Source of the DNA: Deferribacterales bacterium
Lineage (GTDB): Bacteria > Chrysiogenota > Deferribacteres > Deferribacterales > Geovibrionaceae
Direction: 5' to 3'
Length of the DNA stretch: 64,000 nt
NCBI GenBank assembly: GCA_050251945.1
Contig: JBFWLW010000004.1
Location: 32,001-96,000 of the forward strand
The notes below the pieces were generated by a model, which was not told the origin of the DNA, did not search any database, and saw only the letters and a program-made list of their open reading frames with translations. This document shows positions 58,531 through 64,000 of the stretch, in pieces (positions within the stretch are counted from its first letter, which is position 1; each line of letters starts with the position of its first letter). The position numbers were made by a program, and so were the translations under genes.

Positions 58531-59019
58531 ATGAATAAAAAGCCTGCTCCTGCGCAAAAAGAGAAAAAAAAGGTCGGAAAGCCCACAAAAATAGGCAATC
58601 TCTTCCTGCCTGCTCTGAAAATGATGTGGAAAAAAGGCTTCACCGATGTTGAGATAGCGCAGGCTTTTGATATAACCGAGCAAACACTCTATAACTATAA
58701 AAAACAATACCCTGAAATTTTTGAGAAAGAAAAAGACTGGAAAGCGGAAGCGGACGCAGCTGTCGAACGCTCTCTTTTTGAGCGCGCCAAAGGTTTTTCG
58801 GCGAAAGAAACAAAAGTCTTTGTTTATAAAGGCGATATAATAACAGAGGATGTTACAACGAACTACCCGCCAGACACGACGGCTTGTATCTTCTGGCTGA
58901 AAAACCGGAAAAAGGATGAATGGCGAGACAGGGCGGAACTTGATCATGGAAGCTCTGATGGCAGTATGACCCCGCAAATCAGCTTCTATTTGCCGGACAA
59001 CGGGAGAGGTGGCGAATGA
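58531..59019 (+). CDS. terS: Terminase small subunit
   Basis: GFTDVEIAQAFDITEQTLYNYKK, PPDTTACIFWLKNR; overlaps terL. Confidence 0.85.
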   Translation: MNKKPAPAQKEKKKVGKPTKIGNLFLPALKMMWKKGFTDVEIAQAFDITEQTLYNYKKQYPEIFEKEKDWKAEADAAVERSLFERAKGFSAKETKVFVYKGDIITEDVTTNYPPDTTACIFWLKNRKKDEWRDRAELDHGSSDGSMTPQISFYLPDNGRGGE

Positions 59020-60407
59020 AAAACGCCGCCGTTCTTGACGAAAGAGAAATTATAAATATCAGCCCGCAACCGGGACCACAGGAAATGTTTCTGTCGTCTC
59101 CTGCGGACATAGTGATTTATGGCGGGGCAGCTGGGGGAGGCAAAACCTTCGGGCTTTTGTTAGAGCCGCTCCGCCATATCAATAATCCTAAATTCAGCGC
59201 GGTTATATTCCGCCGTACATCAAACCAAATTGATACGGCAGGCGGTTTGCTTGATGAATCAAAAAATCTGTATGCATCTGCTAATGCAACGTTAAAAGTA
59301 GCACCAAACTATCAGTGGCGTTTCCCGAGCGGAGCGAAAGTACAGTTCCGCCACCTGCAATACGAAAACGATTTAATGAGTTGGCAGGGTTCGCAGATTC
59401 CGCTTATTTGCTTCGATGAAGTTACGCATTTCACAAAAAAACAGTTTATTTATATGCTTTCCCGTAACCGCTCAACATGCGGAGTTAATCCGTATATCCG
59501 CTGCACATGCAACCCTGACCCTGACAGTTTTGTTGCGGAAATGATTGAGTGGTGGATAGATCAGGAAACAGGCTTTGCGATCCCCGAGCGTTCCGGAGTT
59601 ATCCGGTATTTTATCGTTATTGATGATGCTTTCGTATGGGCAAGCACGCGTGAAGAACTGACAGAACTTTATCCTTCAAATCAACCTATTTCTTTTACAT
59701 TCATAGCATCAAGTATTTACGATAATAAAATATTGCTCGAGAAAGACCCGAAATATATAGCAAACCTTGATGCTCTTGGCAGAGTTGACAGAGAGAGGCT
59801 TAAGTTTGGCAACTGGAAAATACGTCCGCAATCTGGGCTTATCTTTAAAAGAGAATGGTTTAAGGTTATCGACGCTTCGGAGCTTCCGCCCCTTTCTCTC
59901 CGCAGAACTGCGAGAGCGTGGGATCTGGCGGCAACCGAGAAGACGGAAAACAATGACCCCGATGCAACAGCATCTGTGAAAATGTCGGAATTTGATGGCA
60001 TGTATTACATTGAGCATGTTTCTCATGATTGCATGTCTCCGGCGAAAGTCCGTGATTCAATCAAGAATCTGGCAGGGCTTGACGGCTTCAAATGCACAAT
60101 AAGATTGCCGCAAGACCCCGGACAAGCGGGCAAAGCGCAGGCGGATGATTTTTGTAAACTTCTGACCGGATTTACATTCAGCATAAAGCCCGTTTCTGGT
60201 GATAAAATCACCCGTGCAGCGGGCATATCGGCTCAGGTTGAGCATGGTAAAGTATGTTTAGTTCGTGCGCCATGGAATGAAAAATTCCTGTCAGAGTTGG
60301 AAAATTTCCCGGATGGTGCGCACGATGACATGGTTGATGCGCTTTCCGATGCGTTTGACGAGCTGGCAAGAGATGGCGTTTTCATGGATTACGGAGCGTT
60401 GTTATGA
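59016..60407 (+). CDS. terL: Terminase large subunit
   Basis: YGGAAGGGKT, CFDEVTHF, TCNP, AWDLAAT, HDDMVDA. Confidence 0.95.
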   Translation: MKNAAVLDEREIINISPQPGPQEMFLSSPADIVIYGGAAGGGKTFGLLLEPLRHINNPKFSAVIFRRTSNQIDTAGGLLDESKNLYASANATLKVAPNYQWRFPSGAKVQFRHLQYENDLMSWQGSQIPLICFDEVTHFTKKQFIYMLSRNRSTCGVNPYIRCTCNPDPDSFVAEMIEWWIDQETGFAIPERSGVIRYFIVIDDAFVWASTREELTELYPSNQPISFTFIASSIYDNKILLEKDPKYIANLDALGRVDRERLKFGNWKIRPQSGLIFKREWFKVIDASELPPLSLRRTARAWDLAATEKTENNDPDATASVKMSEFDGMYYIEHVSHDCMSPAKVRDSIKNLAGLDGFKCTIRLPQDPGQAGKAQADDFCKLLTGFTFSIKPVSGDKITRAAGISAQVEHGKVCLVRAPWNEKFLSELENFPDGAHDDMVDALSDAFDELARDGVFMDYGALL

Positions 60408-61678
60408 AACTGACGGATATGAAAATAATTGACAGCATCCAAAGCATGTTTAACTCTCTGCTTAATCGCCGTAATCCTCTGCTCACAAATAGACCGAAAC
60501 ATATTAAACTTGACGATACGGTCTTAAACTCTTTATATCTTTCAGGACTTGGTCAAGCAATACTTGATCATAAAGTAGGTGGCGCACTTAAAAACACTCT
60601 GAACTTTGCAGAAAAATCAGATGAAATCATATACGATAAGAAGCTTAAAGAAGCTGTAAAAGAGGCTTGCAGATATCAGATTGCTTTCGGTCGTGGCGTG
60701 ATTTGCATAGTAGAGCATGATAAATCTATATCATCGCCTATCAGCGGCAAAATCGATCTGAAAAGAACCTCATTCAGAGTATTCAGCGGGCAGGACGTAT
60801 CTGTATCAAGTTACGGCATGGATATCACCGATGAACGCTTTTATAAGCCGAAAATGTACATGGTTTACGGCAATCAGTTTCACCATTCAAGAGTGATTGA
60901 TTTCGCTTATAAAAAACCCGTATTTCAAGATCTGCCGCAGTATAACTTCGGTGGGGTTTCAGAATTTGAAATCATATACGAACAGCTTATTAATGACGGC
61001 ATAGTTCAGCGTTCCAGTGCGACTATGGTTGAGAAGGGCGCACGGACTTATTACAAAGTAAAGGGCTTTAAATCTCTTCTGGCGTCAAAACAGGATGCCG
61101 CTCTTTTGCAATATTTCTCCGCAGTGGAGGATTATGCCAGTGTATCGACAGCAACTATCATAGATGCGGAAGACGAAATTACCCCTATATCTCTTAAATT
61201 ACAACATCTTAAGGAGATTGCAGAAGATTCACTCCGCAGAGTAGCGGCGGTAACTCGCATCCCGGTTTCAAGACTTGTTGGTGAAAATGTAAAAGGACTG
61301 AATAGCACCGGCGACAATGAAGACAAGATGTTCTGGGAAGGAATAGCGGACTATCAGGAAAGCTATATATATTGCCCGCTCAATGAGCTTTTCAGCAAGT
61401 GCGGACTTGGCGAAGTTTGGTTTAAAGAGGCTCTGGGTGTCACTGCAACACAGCAGATGGACTATGACGGCAAAGCTCTTGATAATGCCGCTAAAATGAC
61501 AGAGCAAGGCTATACGAAAGAGGCAAAAGAGTATCTGGAAGATAAAGGTGTAATAAAGATAGATACATATAAAAAATTACTTAATCAGCAAAAATCAGAA
61601 AAAGAAATGAATATGCCTGAAACGCCTGAAATTGCTGCAAATCACAATAATCTGGGAAATACGCAGGGGGTAGAATAA
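60404..61678 (+). CDS. Portal protein (DUF1073-like)
   Basis: Position after terL; FHHSRVI, IPVSRLVG...GLNSTGD. Confidence 0.85.
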   Translation: MKLTDMKIIDSIQSMFNSLLNRRNPLLTNRPKHIKLDDTVLNSLYLSGLGQAILDHKVGGALKNTLNFAEKSDEIIYDKKLKEAVKEACRYQIAFGRGVICIVEHDKSISSPISGKIDLKRTSFRVFSGQDVSVSSYGMDITDERFYKPKMYMVYGNQFHHSRVIDFAYKKPVFQDLPQYNFGGVSEFEIIYEQLINDGIVQRSSATMVEKGARTYYKVKGFKSLLASKQDAALLQYFSAVEDYASVSTATIIDAEDEITPISLKLQHLKEIAEDSLRRVAAVTRIPVSRLVGENVKGLNSTGDNEDKMFWEGIADYQESYIYCPLNELFSKCGLGEVWFKEALGVTATQQMDYDGKALDNAAKMTEQGYTKEAKEYLEDKGVIKIDTYKKLLNQQKSEKEMNMPETPEIAANHNNLGNTQGVE

Positions 61679-62883
61679 TGCCCGATAAAGTACATAGATG
61701 CGTTGAGAAACTTAAAAAGAAAGGCATTCCTGAAGCTAAGGCATGGGCTATCTGCAATGCATCAATCAAAGACAGTACTGAGCATCAGTTTGATATAAAA
61801 TTCACTGATGCTGTGAAGTATAACGCCGAAGAACACAGTCTTGTATCTGTAAGAGATGGAAAACAGATGTACCACAGCTCGGAACTCGGCATAGCTGACA
61901 ACCGCATGATGTCTATTTATCGCTCACCGTACGAAATTGCCTGTCTTTACGATATGCTGGACGGATTGCCGATAACAAATAATCACATTGAAATCGATGG
62001 TGAAGTCCCCGAAGAACTTAAGGCTGGGAAAATTAATACAACAGAGCTGATTGATATTGATGACAAAGCCAACGATGCCACAATAGCTTTGCAACACTCA
62101 GTAATTATCGACAATGCCGATCTGATGCAAGCTATCAAAGACGGCAAAAAAGAATTGTCACTTGGATATACCGCGAAGGTGATCAAAGGACATGATGCAT
62201 ATGACTTTGAGTATGTAAATATAATTCCTCATCACCTCGCCGTAGTTGATGCAGGACGTTGTGGGGCTGTTTGTAGCTTCCTCGACAATAAAACAGATAT
62301 GGAGAGTGCGAATATGGCAGGCGATAAAGAAACTGTCACAGATCAGTTCAAGGCACTTATAAAGGACGCTCAGGGGAAATATAACATGCGTGCCATCATA
62401 GAAATGGTTAACATGTTGCCCGAAATCATCGGAGATATGCCCCTCGACGAACTTAACAAGATTGCGCCTACGTTGGAGAAAATTCTCCAGATGGCACGAC
62501 CAGATAAGGAGGGTCAGAATATGATTGATGCGAAAATTACTGATTCTGACGAGTTTAAACAAGCGGTAAAGGATGCCGCTGACAAACTTGTCAAGGATGC
62601 CGTTATGGAGAAAATGAAAGAACTCCCTAGCGTCATGGCAAAAGCGGGCAAAGTGCTTGATGTTTCATATGATTACGCAGGGAAAACACCTTGCGAAATT
62701 ATGAAGGATTCTGTTGTTGCTCATTACGGCAAAGAACACGGATTCAGGGACGAAGAAATTGGCGTTGCTTTTAAGGCAATCCAAACTAAGCCTGATCACG
62801 GCAAGTTTGTTGACGTAGAGGCGGTCCATACCGACAGAAAACCTTTCGATATCGCTACGATTGGCGATAAGGAGTGGAAATAA
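61678..62883 (+). CDS. DUF2213-like prohead protease/scaffold protein
   Basis: LPITNNH, KKELSLGY, HHLAVVDAGRCG. Confidence 0.82.
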   Translation: MPDKVHRCVEKLKKKGIPEAKAWAICNASIKDSTEHQFDIKFTDAVKYNAEEHSLVSVRDGKQMYHSSELGIADNRMMSIYRSPYEIACLYDMLDGLPITNNHIEIDGEVPEELKAGKINTTELIDIDDKANDATIALQHSVIIDNADLMQAIKDGKKELSLGYTAKVIKGHDAYDFEYVNIIPHHLAVVDAGRCGAVCSFLDNKTDMESANMAGDKETVTDQFKALIKDAQGKYNMRAIIEMVNMLPEIIGDMPLDELNKIAPTLEKILQMARPDKEGQNMIDAKITDSDEFKQAVKDAADKLVKDAVMEKMKELPSVMAKAGKVLDVSYDYAGKTPCEIMKDSVVAHYGKEHGFRDEEIGVAFKAIQTKPDHGKFVDVEAVHTDRKPFDIATIGDKEWK

Positions 62884-63344
62884 TGGCTTTCCCAACTATA
62901 GGCAAAGTAGACATTGAAAAAATGGATGCTGGCGAATACATCGGTAACGCTTATGAAATCGATTCGACAGCGACATTTGAAGACGGTTTGAAATTCGGAC
63001 GTGTGGCAAAACTCGATTCCGGCAGTCTTGATAACCTTGATGGTTCATCAACTCCTGTGATTGCCGGTATTGTACTTAGGACAGCATCAAATCCCATAGA
63101 GGATGGATATACCTACACCACTGAAAATACCGTACAAGTTGATTATCTCACAAAAGGACGAGCAACTGTTGAGGTGCTTTCGGGCGAAACCCCGGCGTTT
63201 GGTGATGCCGTTCGTGTTGTGAACGCAGGCGGCGCAACAGACGGTCAGGTCGCAGTAACATCCGCAGCGGGTACAATCTCAATTACTGGATGGCGGTTTA
63301 TCAAATCCGTTAAAACGGGCGTTGCCATTGTGGAGGTGAAATAA
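62883..63344 (+). CDS. Head decoration/cement protein
   Basis: Small beta-rich protein between the scaffold and capsid genes. Confidence 0.65.
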   Translation: MAFPTIGKVDIEKMDAGEYIGNAYEIDSTATFEDGLKFGRVAKLDSGSLDNLDGSSTPVIAGIVLRTASNPIEDGYTYTTENTVQVDYLTKGRATVEVLSGETPAFGDAVRVVNAGGATDGQVAVTSAAGTISITGWRFIKSVKTGVAIVEVK

Positions 63345-64000
63345 TGATTCAGGTCAAAAACCTTTATGATATGAAGTCCTTTGGGGCTTTCATTCAGTCA
63401 ATTCAAGATAAGTCGTTTATTCATCCTCTTGCTGAGAAGTTTACAGATGCTGGGTTTAACGGTGTGACGCTGGCGAGAAACCTCACTCACGTGAGTGCTG
63501 AGACGTTTATGGCTCAATACCCTGACAACGTGTTCTTGAACAATCTGGGTATCACTATCAACAACGAAGGCGGCTACGCAAGAACTATTCAATCACTCCG
63601 CATGAAACCGACAGGCTCATATGAGCTTTCAACCAATGGCGATACTGGAAAAAATATCATTGGCATATCCGGAGATGATTCAGATATCAAAGTTTATAGC
63701 CATGATGCAAAGAGTCGCTGGAATGAAAGAGAGCTGCAAGAAGCTGCTCTGAGCGGTAAAAACCTTGTTCAGCTCTATCTTGAGGCGCATAACGAGGCAT
63801 ATCAGAAGAAACTGGATTACATCGGCTTCATGGGTGCGAAAGGTTCAACCGGACTGCTGAACTATTCCGGTTATACGACTACGGCAGCTGGTAAACTTGC
63901 ATCCGCTATGACGGCGGCTGAGATGTATACGGCTATTTCTGGGCTTATTAACGCTCAATGGGCGGGATGTAAAAACATTATGGCATACAAGGCAAATGTT
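63344..64000 (+). CDS. Major capsid protein (DUF2184-like), 5' part
   Basis: Manual translation MIQVKNLYDM...TLARNLTHVS...GLLNYSG, open to the window end; position in the head module. Confidence 0.8.
   Translation, partial: MIQVKNLYDMKSFGAFIQSIQDKSFIHPLAEKFTDAGFNGVTLARNLTHVSAETFMAQYPDNVFLNNLGITINNEGGYARTIQSLRMKPTGSYELSTNGDTGKNIIGISGDDSDIKVYSHDAKSRWNERELQEAALSGKNLVQLYLEAHNEAYQKKLDYIGFMGAKGSTGLLNYSGYTTTAAGKLASAMTAAEMYTAISGLINAQWAGCKNIMAYKANV

Larger units (their letters stand above)
39472..64000. mobile_element. Temperate tailed-phage prophage, left part (continues beyond the window)
   Basis: tRNA-adjacent integrase, lambdoid order of early-left genes, repressor/cro, antirepressor, replication, terminase, portal and capsid. 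Confidence 0.96.

Noticed and set aside
60404..61678. Anti-CBASS Acb1 label sometimes given to DUF1073-like proteins
   Set aside because: Size and position between terL and head genes indicate a portal; no paired HxT phosphoesterase motifs seen.

Overview
The window has two parts. Bases 1 to about 39,470 are bacterial chromosome; gene content suggests a Gram-negative anaerobe such as Deferribacterota, which is inference only. This part holds a partial RpoD/RpoS-type sigma gene, pcm, argB, mltB and rpe. It also holds an alpha-glucan/glycogen cluster with no recognisable glgC (nucleotidyltransferase-mutase fusion, three GH57 enzymes, GalT-like, GlgA-like), ferritin, cysK, MOSC-MogA, tmk-holB-yaaT-metG-tatD, recCBD, a diguanylate cyclase and two transporters. 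Several short repeat families sit between these genes. From tRNA-Pro(TGG) at 39,398-39,471 to the window end lies the left part of a temperate prophage: integrase, leftward early genes, its own tRNA-Pro, immunity region, replication and methylase genes, a moron-like cassette, terminase, portal and head genes. Three observations stand out. (a) The phage repressor and the gene next to it share a 20-aa Asn/Gly-rich motif with a RHIM-like IQ(I/F)G core, conserved at protein rather than DNA level, suggesting an amyloid-type homotypic switch. (b) Two structured 135-144 bp GGA-hairpin elements each sit between 41-bp duplications of a gene 3' end. (c) An enlarged tRNA-like structured RNA abuts the phage tRNA-Pro. 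All protein calls come from motif recognition by eye; no searches were run.
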